A stretch of DNA of 64,000 nucleotides from a virus. Taxonomy: Duplodnaviria; Caudoviricetes. Position numbers and translations under genes: made by a program. Every line of letters begins with the position of its first letter. Within the stretch, counting starts at the first letter, position 1. Positions 18,652 through 27,726 of the stretch are shown piece by piece. The notes under the pieces were generated by a model. The model had not been told where the DNA came from. It did not search any database and saw only the letters and a list, made by a program, of their open reading frames with translations. The DNA is taken from the IMG/VR virus record IMGVR_UViG_3300027776_000009; one strand, 5' to 3'.

Positions 18652-20170
18652 CACCATGAGCAACAAACTGTTCTATCGCCTGGGTCTTGAAGACCTGGTC
18701 GAAGACGCTCCGGCTGACGAGCCGGAGTCACTGGAAGAAATCGCTGGCGAATCCTCTCCTGAATCTGACGTCCTGGCCGCTGAAGAGCAAGGTGAAGAAG
18801 TCGAAGGCGACGCTGACGATGTTGAAGCGATTGATGCCGACACTGAAACCATGGGTGAAGTGGTGAAGGGTCTGGAAGCTGCGCTGAAGAGCGGTAAGCC
18901 TACCAAGGACGCGATAGTCTTCTCCAACATGGCGATCAACGCCGTGAATCGGAAGTGGTTCGGTGGCACAACCTTGACCGTTTCTACTGAGTCCATCAAC
19001 TCTCCTGAAGATGCGGTTGTCGCTTCGATGGAAGGCGCTCTGGACAAGATCAAGGAACTGGGTCGTGCACTGATCGAGAAGCTCAAGAAGCTGTGGAATA
19101 CCTTCTCCGGTTGGATCAAGTCCGTCTTCGATGGTTCCGCCAAGCTGACAGCCCGCGCCAACGCCCTCGCTAAGAAGGCTGATGAAATGGCCGGTAAAGC
19201 CGCCGGTACAGTTGACTTCAAGGAATCCAACACAGGTTTGCTGGAAACCCTTGAAATCAACGGCAAGCTGAACAAGGCCACTGTTGTGGCTGGTACCGCA
19301 AGCGTGGCCAGTCTGATGGCCGCATTGGGTTCCAGCGCTCTTATTGCTGCCGATATGGGAGCGATCGGTGACAAGGTTTTCAAGGCCACTGACATTGATG
19401 CTGCCAACAGTGCCGCCGGTGAAGGCGTTAAGCAGTTGAACACTGCATACGAAAACGTCCTGAAACCGCTGGATGGCATGGTGGTCATCACCAATCCTTC
19501 CCGGGCCCCTGAGAGTGCCACTGTGGCTCGCGGCAAGAAGATTCTTCCCGGCAACAACGGCCTGTACATTATCATACCTTCTGGCGAAACCCCGAAAGAT
19601 CTGGGTGAAGCCTCCAGAATGTTTGGCAAGTACAAGTTCACCATCATGGATCTGTTGAGCGGCGCTGATCGCAAGCTGGAAGGCGAAGCCATTGCTCCGA
19701 AAGACGTCAAGGTTTTGGCAACTGCTGCTGCCGGCATCTTCGAGAAGATCGGTAGCTACAAGAAGGCTTACGCACAGCGTGAGCATCTGCGTGGCCTCGT
19801 GATCAAGCAACTGGAAAGCTCTGCTAAAGAAGCGACCGGTAATAACGAAGGTGACAAAGCGCGTATCGCTCAGGAACGCAGCAACTTTGCTCGTGCCTTC
19901 GGTACTGCTTGGTCTGCACTGGTGTCTGCTGACTACATGGTTGTCAACTATGTTCAGAAGACTGCCAAGGCCTATCTGGCATATGGCGACCTCTGTCTGA
20001 AGGCAGCCGGTGGCGGTGAGAAAGCCGAAGAGCCGAAGAAGGAAGAGCCGGCAGCTGCCTAAGCCTAACTTCATCCGTTTGCTGTAAACAACGCGGGAGA
20101 GTCATGACTCCCGCATTCAAAATCTCCGTGGAGTAACACCATGAGCAACAAACTGTTCTATCGCCTGGGT
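18652..20170 (+). repeat. 34-nt exact direct repeat at 18652-18685 and 20137-20170
   Basis: CACCATGAGCAACAAACTGTTCTATCGCCTGGGT in both copies. Confidence 0.9.
18656..20062 (+). CDS. Inner-head/ejection protein of the phiKZ internal-protein type, with acidic propeptide
   Basis: Acidic N-terminus, S/G-x-E protease sites (GLE, STE, SME) followed by an amphipathic helix (LIEKLKKLWNTFSGWI); strong codon bias. Confidence 0.7.
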   Translation: MSNKLFYRLGLEDLVEDAPADEPESLEEIAGESSPESDVLAAEEQGEEVEGDADDVEAIDADTETMGEVVKGLEAALKSGKPTKDAIVFSNMAINAVNRKWFGGTTLTVSTESINSPEDAVVASMEGALDKIKELGRALIEKLKKLWNTFSGWIKSVFDGSAKLTARANALAKKADEMAGKAAGTVDFKESNTGLLETLEINGKLNKATVVAGTASVASLMAALGSSALIAADMGAIGDKVFKATDIDAANSAAGEGVKQLNTAYENVLKPLDGMVVITNPSRAPESATVARGKKILPGNNGLYIIIPSGETPKDLGEASRMFGKYKFTIMDLLSGADRKLEGEAIAPKDVKVLATAAAGIFEKIGSYKKAYAQREHLRGLVIKQLESSAKEATGNNEGDKARIAQERSNFARAFGTAWSALVSADYMVVNYVQKTAKAYLAYGDLCLKAAGGGEKAEEPKKEEPAAA

Positions 20171-20338
20171 TTGGAGGAGTTGTCTGAAATCGCTCCGGTT
20201 ACCGAGGTTCCGACTAACTCTGCACAGCAAACAGAACTGGAGCTCAATCAACTGGGGAACGAGCTACATGGTGACGTGCAGTTGGTATTGAGTAACGATT
20301 ACTGGAAGCATCAGCATCTGGTTAACGCAGGCGGTTAA
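20141..20338 (+). CDS. Short paralog (propeptide only, or remnant) of the preceding head protein
   Basis: Identical N-terminus MSNKLFYRLGLE; GGAG RBS. Confidence 0.55.
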   Translation: MSNKLFYRLGLEELSEIAPVTEVPTNSAQQTELELNQLGNELHGDVQLVLSNDYWKHQHLVNAGG

Positions 20339-20388
20339 CATTTATAACAGCATATAACCCCAGGGAGAGATCCCTGGGATTTATGTCG

Positions 20389-20727
20389 TCATTTCTTGGT
20401 TGGTTGCTTGTAGAGAACCCCAATAACACCGGGTAGTTCTACCCACTTTCCATTGACCCACTCGTAGTAAATCCCACCCCGTGTTCCGAACTGGATTCGT
20501 GAAGAACGGCAGATTGTTGGCATGTCCAGGTAGATCAAGTACGCATCCGTCCCCTCGTTGGGAACTGGAATGATTTCCTTTTCCAAGATATAGTCCGTAC
20601 TCTCAACAACACAGAGATTTGGCAGAGTTTCATCCAACGGAGGGACGTCTATCTTAGGGGGTTTGTTAATGTATTGCCATATCCGCGATAATGCCGATAT
20701 GATAATCATGATCAGAACTTTTCCCAT
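20389..20727 (-). CDS. Hypothetical protein with N-terminal membrane anchor
   Basis: MGKVLIMIIISALSRIW hydrophobic start. Confidence 0.45.
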   Translation of the reverse strand: MGKVLIMIIISALSRIWQYINKPPKIDVPPLDETLPNLCVVESTDYILEKEIIPVPNEGTDAYLIYLDMPTICRSSRIQFGTRGGIYYEWVNGKWVELPGVIGVLYKQPTKK

Positions 20728-20780
20728 AGCGGTGTTCCGTGGTGTGAGAGGTTCATAGGAATATCTCACACCAGTGGGGG

Positions 20781-21275
20781 TTATCGTTTGTTATACCGAC
20801 TGATACGGATAACTCCATGATTGGGATCATCCAAACACTCGACGGTTTCACGATCCCAGCCTTCTCCAGTAAACGTTGGGAAGAACGCGTCCCCATCTTT
20901 CACGATCTCCGGGACATGGGTCATGTACACTGTATCAGCAAACGGAAGCGCTTCCTTGTAGATCTCCCCACCTCCGATGATAAACACCGTGCCATCAGCA
21001 GGCAGATGGGGTTCGGCTTCCAGCAGGGCTTGTGTCAGCGTTGTGACGTAGCAGTAACCTGCGCCAGGCTCGCGCGGTGTGCGTGAGATAATGATGTTGT
21101 AACGACCGGGTAGAGGTTTGCCGATTGAGTCAAACGTTTTGCGTCCCATGATCACGGGGTGACGGAGCGTGCTTTCTTTGAAGAAACGCAAATCTCCGGG
21201 AATACGCCACGGTAGTTGACCTTGGCGACCAATACAGCCATTCATACTCATGGCAACAATCAGAGCAATGTTCAC
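20781..21275 (-). CDS. folA: Dihydrofolate reductase
   Basis: IG..GQLPW, DL.FFK..T, MGRKT..SI, LPGR.N, IGGGEIY, GDAFFP. Confidence 0.95.
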   Translation of the reverse strand: MNIALIVAMSMNGCIGRQGQLPWRIPGDLRFFKESTLRHPVIMGRKTFDSIGKPLPGRYNIIISRTPREPGAGYCYVTTLTQALLEAEPHLPADGTVFIIGGGEIYKEALPFADTVYMTHVPEIVKDGDAFFPTFTGEGWDRETVECLDDPNHGVIRISRYNKR

Positions 21276-21803
21276 TTAACGTCTCCCGTCGAGAGCTTCG
21301 GTTGTTGACGTACGTCCTTCCTTCATATCCAACTGTTTCAGATAATCCGAGTACGTCGTCAGGGTAATGTATTTGACACGAGATTTTTTATTAATCCCTA
21401 AAGCAGGCGGTGGTTTAACATATCGCAGAATGGGGTTAGCAACTCCGATAACCGACGACTCACCCGTATCAGGATCTGGTCGATGGATCAAGGGGATTGT
21501 GGGAAACAATCGGTCTCCGAGTAACTTGGGTGCGAGGGCTTGTGTATGTTCCGGAAAGAGTACACCAAACAGCCGAACTTGGATATAGTCCTGATCAACC
21601 TCTATCTCAGTTTGATCATGGTAAATAGCCCCGCAAAGCATACTAATGCCCCGAGTACTTATTTCACTTGCGTAATGGAAAGCCAGATCTTTATTACCCC
21701 CCATCAGTGCTTGATGTATCACGTGAATATCTTGGATACTCAGGTGAGCAGATGGGATGCGAAAGTCTTGTTGGAATCGAAAAAGCTTGGGTATTCTGCT
21801 CAT
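21276..21803 (-). CDS. Hypothetical protein
   Basis: 175 aa ORF, GAGG RBS, abuts DHFR. Confidence 0.55.
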   Translation of the reverse strand: MSRIPKLFRFQQDFRIPSAHLSIQDIHVIHQALMGGNKDLAFHYASEISTRGISMLCGAIYHDQTEIEVDQDYIQVRLFGVLFPEHTQALAPKLLGDRLFPTIPLIHRPDPDTGESSVIGVANPILRYVKPPPALGINKKSRVKYITLTTYSDYLKQLDMKEGRTSTTEALDGRR

Positions 21804-21897
21804 AGTGTCCTCGGTGGCAGAGTCTGTTTCTCAAAAAATCCAGTGAATCAGTTAAAAACAACATAAGTCCTCCCATGAGTGGGAGGGCAATTATGTC

Positions 21898-23055
21898 TTA
21901 CCACTTAGCGCTGGGGGGGAGTATGTCTTCTTGGGACACACTGGGTTGTTGAGTGCCGGCTATCACTTTATCAATAGCTGACCGCATTTCATCGGTAAAC
22001 GTGAAATGGTAAGCGTTAGGAGCCTCTCCTTTCCAAGTCTTCTTTACCGCGTTGTCCTCAGGATGGTTAATCGCGCCATCTATCGATGATCCAAAGGCTA
22101 ACACGGTGACAGTCTTCGGCGCAAAGCGTAGCCGGTCAGTACCTCGACTATGCCCTATCCAGATGTCGGCTGTTTTTGGCAGCGTATAGGGCTCACCCGG
22201 ATCAAAGGATACTTCGCAACCCGCTGACTCCAGATACCTGCGAATTGACTCATAGAACGCCTTAGCCGTCGGGTTTCCTCGAATATACTTCGGATTCCCT
22301 TGGATGATGACAGCAGTGAGGGTCTTATCCGTGCGGTCTTCTTTACTAGCGGTCAGCTTATCGTAGTGTTTCTGGATAAGCAGTTTGGCAGTATCTAGTT
22401 TCTTTTTGTCTGACGTGGTCAAGTTCTTGCCAGCGCGATTGATGTAAAACTGGAGCCGAGCGATCGCCTGTCGTTTATCCTTAGACGCCTTAATCAATCC
22501 ATTGGCAATACTGCTAGCGGATTTCTTAAAGAAGTCTTCAGGAGGATGCCATTTCTCTTTCTTAGTGACATCGTCGGACCACTTCTTACCTTCCATAGAG
22601 GGAGTTGTTGCCAACTCAATTCCCTTGGTGTTTAAGAAGTCAGCTACCTGAGCAAGGTTATCCAGCACTATAGCTCCGTTACGCTTAAGCATTTCAGCAA
22701 CTGCGTCAAGTGACCGACGTTCCCCCGTTGTCCAAGTTGTGCCCAATTCACTATCGAGCAAAGTGAATAGTGTCTGATTGGGTCTACGGTGACTATCGTC
22801 CACAACCTCAGCAATGGAGTAAACTCCTGTCATGAGCGGTGAGATGACATAGAGAGTATAGTCTGAAGATTCACGGACCTGTCGTTCGATAACTTGGTCT
22901 TCCGGTTTCCAGTCAGGCACGACTGGGTCAAACCACCCAACAGATACGATCAGTTCTTTCTTCAACCGATCCCGCCACTGACTGTTGTTACATGTACCAC
23001 CCAGAAAGACTTTCACCGATGAGGAGCTATAGTCCTCAGAAAACGTACCCGGCAT
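21898..23055 (-). CDS. Multidomain probable virion protein: nucleoside 2-deoxyribosyltransferase-like + DUF3175-like + alpha/beta-hydrolase-like
   Basis: VFLGGTCN.S.WR..L, F.PVV.DW, TGVYSIAE (NDT-like); KKWS.DV...L.FYINRAG.NL (DUF3175-like); IGHSRG. S-x-E sites at the domain borders. Confidence 0.7.
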   Translation of the reverse strand: MPGTFSEDYSSSSVKVFLGGTCNNSQWRDRLKKELIVSVGWFDPVVPDWKPEDQVIERQVRESSDYTLYVISPLMTGVYSIAEVVDDSHRRPNQTLFTLLDSELGTTWTTGERRSLDAVAEMLKRNGAIVLDNLAQVADFLNTKGIELATTPSMEGKKWSDDVTKKEKWHPPEDFFKKSASSIANGLIKASKDKRQAIARLQFYINRAGKNLTTSDKKKLDTAKLLIQKHYDKLTASKEDRTDKTLTAVIIQGNPKYIRGNPTAKAFYESIRRYLESAGCEVSFDPGEPYTLPKTADIWIGHSRGTDRLRFAPKTVTVLAFGSSIDGAINHPEDNAVKKTWKGEAPNAYHFTFTDEMRSAIDKVIAGTQQPSVSQEDILPPSAKW

Positions 23056-23112
23056 GTTACACCTCAGGTAAAGCAAAAAAAAAGAAGGGGATCATAAGAT
23101 CCCCCGTTCTAG

Positions 23113-23628
23113 TCAAAGCCAGTTATAGAGCGGACCATAGTGGCTAACCCAGCGATTGGCCACGGCTTCGTAATGTTTCGGACTCAAGAACTCCTTGAGT
23201 GTTTCGAGGAAAGTTTGAAACACTCCTCCCCCACGGATGTGTATCTCAACCAGGCCGGTAACAGGGTCTACCCCTACGTCATTGATCTCAGACATTGAGA
23301 TACCAGCAATGTGGGAAAGCTCTTCACGAGCCTCGCTGGCAGTGAGATGTTGCTCTTGGCAGAGCGCGTCCCAGAAGCGAGAGACATTCCAGAAACCACG
23401 TGGTGCTACCAACATGTTGGCTGGAAGAAGAGTCCTTTCAAGCAGAGCAATATCGGCATCAGTGAGACGCTCGATATCGAAGCCAAATCCAACACCGTCA
23501 GGCTCAATCCAAAAGGCTTTTGGAAACCGCTTGATCAATGCTGCGCGGAAATGTTCACGATCCATCCCATGGTTAGGGATATTACGAACCACCGAAATAA
23601 CGATGTCATGCTTAGTGTTGTTATCCAT
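23113..23628 (-). CDS. Hypothetical (likely early) protein
   Basis: AGGAGG RBS, promoter motif upstream, terminator downstream. Confidence 0.6.
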   Translation of the reverse strand: MDNNTKHDIVISVVRNIPNHGMDREHFRAALIKRFPKAFWIEPDGVGFGFDIERLTDADIALLERTLLPANMLVAPRGFWNVSRFWDALCQEQHLTASEAREELSHIAGISMSEINDVGVDPVTGLVEIHIRGGGVFQTFLETLKEFLSPKHYEAVANRWVSHYGPLYNWL

Positions 23629-23660
23629 TTTGTCCTCCTACGGACAGTTGATTAGATTCA

Positions 23661-23680
23661 CTTAGGTAGTATGTATCTGA
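23661..23680 (-). promoter_or_regulatory. Phage RNAP early-type promoter motif (representative copy)
   Basis: Minus strand CAGATACATACTACCTAAG. Related copies near 1605, 9680, 17747, 24560, 27625, 31995, 39183, 42030, 45625, 58290 and 60963, all upstream of minus-strand genes. Confidence 0.7.
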
Positions 23681-23713
23681 AAAAAAATGGCTTTAACGGC
23701 ATACAACGCAGGC

Positions 23714-24148
23714 CTAAGCCTGCATCAAGTATCCCAAGGTAAACCGGTAGGTATCATCACTGAGGCGCGTAAACCCCTCTACTGAAACTACGTTCATGGT
23801 GCGCTCAATATCACCAATGATTGCACAGAAGTCTTTCTGGACTTGGTCCCAAATGTTGCCATACCGCAGCTTGAGTTGCAGTACCGTTTCAGCCGCTTGA
23901 ACGATAAAACCGCCCGAGTCCTCATCGGGTTCACTGTAGAGCATCTTGAGATGGTTCAGAAAATCCGCATAGGCTTGTTCGCGTGAACTGCTATCAGGTC
24001 TATCGCATGCTAAGTCCTGAAACAAGGTTCTGACAATGTCGTCCACAGTAGCGCCGTACAGATCACGTTGGGATTCAAATCCTTCAGGGTAGTACAGAGG
24101 ACTATCTGGGATGGGAATCAGGCAGACAGCCGTAACGATTTCTGACAT
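23714..24148 (-). CDS. Hypothetical protein, possible dispersed member of the 14.6-17.7 kb family
   Basis: C-terminal RLSDDTYRFTL hairpin resembles array members. Confidence 0.55.
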   Translation of the reverse strand: MSEIVTAVCLIPIPDSPLYYPEGFESQRDLYGATVDDIVRTLFQDLACDRPDSSSREQAYADFLNHLKMLYSEPDEDSGGFIVQAAETVLQLKLRYGNIWDQVQKDFCAIIGDIERTMNVVSVEGFTRLSDDTYRFTLGYLMQA

Positions 24149-24170
24149 GGTTTCACACCCCAGCTAACGA

Positions 24171-24518
24171 TCAGACGACTTCTTTCCCTTCAACCCCACG
24201 CGCCATCCGGCGTGCGGTGCGGACTTCCAGATTCACCAATGCATTCTTCATGTCCGCAATCGCCCGCTTGTTTTCATCACAGGGGAACTGGGAATCCAGG
24301 TGCTCGGTGCGATGAATCAAAATCGCCAACAGCGCTTCATTGGTAACACCGTTCAGTCCATGAGCGGGAATCGGACCTTGCTGAAAACTGATGGTGGTAC
24401 CCGATTGACCATGCATCACTTTGTAAACATGTCCCGTCATATCGCGACCCGCGGCACGTTCATCGGGACCGGAAAAAGCATTGACCATCAACCCGTTGTG
24501 GTCGGTATAAATACGCAT
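24171..24518 (-). CDS. tad1: Tad1-family anti-Thoeris/anti-CBASS signal sponge
   Basis: H.Y, I.FQ.G, GV....LL.I...R, P..EN..A......AL.....R...R..R.V.G match the Tad1 pattern. Confidence 0.75.
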   Translation of the reverse strand: MRIYTDHNGLMVNAFSGPDERAAGRDMTGHVYKVMHGQSGTTISFQQGPIPAHGLNGVTNEALLAILIHRTEHLDSQFPCDENKRAIADMKNALVNLEVRTARRMARGVEGKEVV

Positions 24519-24578
24519 GTGAAACTCTCCTAAGTGGGGACTCAGATGTCCATACCCATGGTGTATATCTGTAAAATA

Positions 24579-24854
24579 TTATTCTTGGAATAGCGTTTTG
24601 AATTGAATATCGCTCATTACTACCGGTCGATTACTCGATAAGTACACGACCCAGTCCCCCGGATAGACGAACAATGGCTTGGGGGTTCTTTCAATAACGG
24701 CATAAGCGCCGTGTCTCAGTTCCATCTGCTGGCGTTGACTTAAACGCGTTAAACCACGGAGCTGTGCTGGGTGTGTCACAACTCCGGGTAAGGTTATCCC
24801 CGTCTTCCATTGCAAACCTAAGGACTGTCGTGTCGCTTTAGGGTCTACTGACAT
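24579..24854 (-). CDS. Small phage protein with QW...PGDWVV...F..LF pattern (PGDYG-like; possible nucleotide sponge)
   Basis: LQW, VYPGDWVVY, VMSDIQFKTLF. Confidence 0.5.
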   Translation of the reverse strand: MSVDPKATRQSLGLQWKTGITLPGVVTHPAQLRGLTRLSQRQQMELRHGAYAVIERTPKPLFVYPGDWVVYLSSNRPVVMSDIQFKTLFQE

Positions 24855-24876
24855 ACCTCTCTCCTAGAGATAATAC

Positions 24877-25110
24877 TCACGCCATGGCCATGACAATACG
24901 ACCCAAGGGGTCACACATCTTGCGATCAAAACCCGATTCTTCCGGGTGCTCCACCTCTTGCGGATTCCGGTCTTTCACCACCGGCGTAGGAAAACGAATC
25001 ACGACACCCAGAACCCGTTCTGGATCCGTATGCAGTTGCAGATGTTGATCAGGCTGCCGAGGAATAGCGTCCAGCGCTACCACCACCGGCGGGGTACGTT
25101 TGTTGCTCAT
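24877..25110 (-). CDS. Hypothetical protein
   Basis: AGGAG RBS. Confidence 0.5.
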   Translation of the reverse strand: MSNKRTPPVVVALDAIPRQPDQHLQLHTDPERVLGVVIRFPTPVVKDRNPQEVEHPEESGFDRKMCDPLGRIVMAMA

Positions 25111-25245
25111 GGTAACTCCTAAGTACGTGTAAGACGAAATGTCTCATAACTAATACCGTGTGTGTAAAAAATAAGCGCATAACCCCCATATGGCCGAGGG
25201 GGTCTTCGGCCAGAGGTTAGCTCAAAGGGTTATACCGTCATGGAT

Positions 25246-25746
25246 TCAGGGAATCGCGGGTTCCGGCGTCAACGCCGACACGTTCACGGAATCAATCACG
25301 TTGTCCGGCGTGGTATACACCTGACCGCCAGTTTCAGCAAGGGCTTCATGGAGCTCTTTCAGGTCCTGATGTTCCGCATCCGAAAGCGGTTCTTCCCCAC
25401 CCGGCACATCCCCCATCACGAGGATACCCGTAGACTCCGGATTACGCACTGCTTCCGCAGCAGCCGCTACAGCTCCAGCATACCCCGTTACTCGTGGCTG
25501 CACCACAAACAGATTCAACACGGCTTCGGTTTCCCGATGCTGGTCTTCCTGCATGGTTTCAGCACTCACCCGCACTCCCATGGGTTCAACTCGCACCATC
25601 GGCATCACGCCAGCGGTCAGCGTGTCACACAGAGATTCCAGACCCACTCCGTAAACACGTACCAGCCGCAGAGGCTTCGCCCCATGACTGCGCTTTGCGC
25701 TGGCCGGTGCTTGACCAGCCAAGATTTCGTTCAGACTGTGACGCAT
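25246..25746 (-). CDS. Degenerate NDT/TIR-like Rossmann protein, paralog of the N-domain at 21898-23055
   Basis: NLFVVQPRVTG vs TLYVISPLMTG, RNPEST vs RRPNQT, ETGGQV vs RNGAIV. Confidence 0.5.
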   Translation of the reverse strand: MRHSLNEILAGQAPASAKRSHGAKPLRLVRVYGVGLESLCDTLTAGVMPMVRVEPMGVRVSAETMQEDQHRETEAVLNLFVVQPRVTGYAGAVAAAAEAVRNPESTGILVMGDVPGGEEPLSDAEHQDLKELHEALAETGGQVYTTPDNVIDSVNVSALTPEPAIP

Positions 25747-25845
25747 GCTGGATCTCCCAGTTTGGTTTTGGAATCACGAATGACTCGTCGCATAGTATCA
25801 CATCAGCAGTTATTTTTCACTGACGATCCAGAGGTCTTCTTCCAG

Positions 25846-26520
25846 TATGTGCGCGAAACTCTATACCGCGCGCAGGTTCCAACTAGCGTGTGCGCATTCT
25901 GCGCATCCGCGTACTCTATACCGCGTGCGCGCACATCACGCCTGCGCCCGCTTCTTTGTAATACTACTACGTAGTATTACGTATAGTAAATTATTTATTG
26001 TTTTAGATTTATATTTTACTAACGTAAAATATCCCCTAAGTTAAGATTATAAATAATCTAAATTGATCACGAGGGGTCAACGACCCCGAAGTGCATCAAA
26101 ATCGATCTGACCAAGGTTTTTGCTCTGGCAAAAACACAAATCTGAACTCTGCCGCCGGGGTTTGAGCCCCGGCTGGTATTCAGATGGTTCGAATTTCGAT
26201 CAGATTCAGTCTGAAATCGTTAAAAACACGCAGTTTTTCCACCAGGGCAACTGCATGTGACAGCCGTCACCCCCAGAATCTATTCAAACACGGCCAGTGC
26301 CGCTACTTGTTTTGTGAGTACTCTTAGGGCGCGCGCGATCCTTCAGTAGCGCGGGCGTTAAGGAAGGCATGGGTTTCGTAACCCGTTTTCAGCCAAAGAA
26401 AAAACTAACACCCTAAACCTAGTTTGAAAATACCGCTAGGACTTCGTACGAGAAGATTCTAGCGGCATAAAACCCCCCGGGAGTACTAAGGTACTACCCA
26501 GGTATTTGAGGGGTCTTAAA
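25846..26520. other. Long non-coding element with direct repeats, AT-rich core and about 15 consecutive hairpins (origin or large structured RNA)
   Basis: ACTCTATACCGCG x2 (25858, 25913); inverted repeats at 25958-25980, 26011-26032, 26063-26099, 26116-26135, 26140-26185, 26230-26254 and 26433-26465. Confidence 0.6.
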
Positions 26521-26543
26521 ACGGCTCCCAGAGAATCATCAAG

Positions 26544-26969
26544 CTAGACGGACCCCTCAACCGTTTCGATGGATCGATCGTTCAGATTCCAGTGAATCGT
26601 TCCCACTAGCGCACCTTCGTCGAAAATTACCCCGAACCCTCGTGGGCTGGCCACCCACTGGACATCGTGTCGACACAAGGCGTTAAGCGCACTGGTGAGC
26701 GCATAGCGATCAATCCGGTTCTCGATACCAATCCGATCCAATGTTCGGAGGATGTCCCAGATCCCCGATCGGGTCAACGAGTATTCCAGGCTCCGGGAAT
26801 GCGAGTGCTGCTTCCAGCGGACGCGATCCAGAAGTTCATCCAGGGTGTTAGCACATGGCTCGATCAAGACCATGGCTCGCTTGATGTCGCAGAGGTATCG
26901 CCAGATGGCGATAGCGATCAACGCGATCAGACAGGTTATCACAACGGTTGGGATCATCTGGGTATCCAT
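26544..26969 (-). CDS. Hypothetical membrane-anchored protein
   Basis: N-terminal TM helix; GGAG RBS. Confidence 0.55.
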   Translation of the reverse strand: MDTQMIPTVVITCLIALIAIAIWRYLCDIKRAMVLIEPCANTLDELLDRVRWKQHSHSRSLEYSLTRSGIWDILRTLDRIGIENRIDRYALTSALNALCRHDVQWVASPRGFGVIFDEGALVGTIHWNLNDRSIETVEGSV

Positions 26970-27106
26970 GAGGATTCTCCGTAAGAGTTGGTATGTAAAA
27001 TTTTACAGCTTTCCCTAGTCATATGCGCTAGAGTACCGCATTTTTTTTTTGCAGTCTCCCAAAACGAATCAGGATCGATTCGTTAGCGCAATGGGGGTAA
27101 GGGGGT

Positions 27107-27592
27107 TTATGCCGTCATTTTTTTTTTAGAACGACGGATGTTGACGTGTTCTTGACTACTCGCAAAGTCTTCACGAGTATGCAGTGCTAACAACGCCTGC
27201 ATTTCAGCCAGCAGGGTTTCTTTCTCACCCGGTTGGAATAGGGGTGACTCTAGACCCTTCAGGCCTTCAGCGAGAGCATCCAGCCGCTTCGCCATGGTTA
27301 AGGACATGATGGTGTACAGTGTTTCATCAGCCTCCACGGGTATGTTATCTCCCGCTTCCATTTTCTGATAGAGATCCATCGTGCGTCGATGCATGTGATC
27401 ACCCACCTGTTTACAGATAAGTATTACGCGCTGAACCACTTCTCTGTAACGCTGTTTCGCTACCCTAGCGGATACACCACATGCTGTCAGTCCTAAGATA
27501 TTACGGCAATAGATGATATAGCGATTCCCGCGCTTGACACGAAATAGCGCAGTGGGGAGTTTGTCGTGACGGAGGTTGACGTATGCAAACAT
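27107..27592 (-). CDS. Hypothetical protein with HicB-like N-terminal motif
   Basis: RYIIYCRNILGLTACGVSARVAKQRYRE resembles the HicB/UPF0150 pattern; AGGAG RBS and promoter motif. Confidence 0.5.
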   Translation of the reverse strand: MFAYVNLRHDKLPTALFRVKRGNRYIIYCRNILGLTACGVSARVAKQRYREVVQRVILICKQVGDHMHRRTMDLYQKMEAGDNIPVEADETLYTIMSLTMAKRLDALAEGLKGLESPLFQPGEKETLLAEMQALLALHTREDFASSQEHVNIRRSKKKMTA

Positions 27593-27726
27593 GGGGGTCT
27601 CCTATATAAGGAAGGAATTCTGATAGGTGATGTGTATCCAACACGTAGTTGAATACCTTTACGCCGTGGTTTGAAGGGTCATCTTATGACGTATTTGTAA
27701 AACACCACCATGGGGGGGGAGTCCAA

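Noticed and set aside
18673-20074. 354 and 448 aa antisense ORFs over the head protein
   Set aside because: Codon-bias shadows of a highly expressed gene.
25846-26520. CRISPR array or tRNA cluster
   Set aside because: Only two short repeats, no regular spacers, and no cloverleaf with a proper T-loop and CCA.
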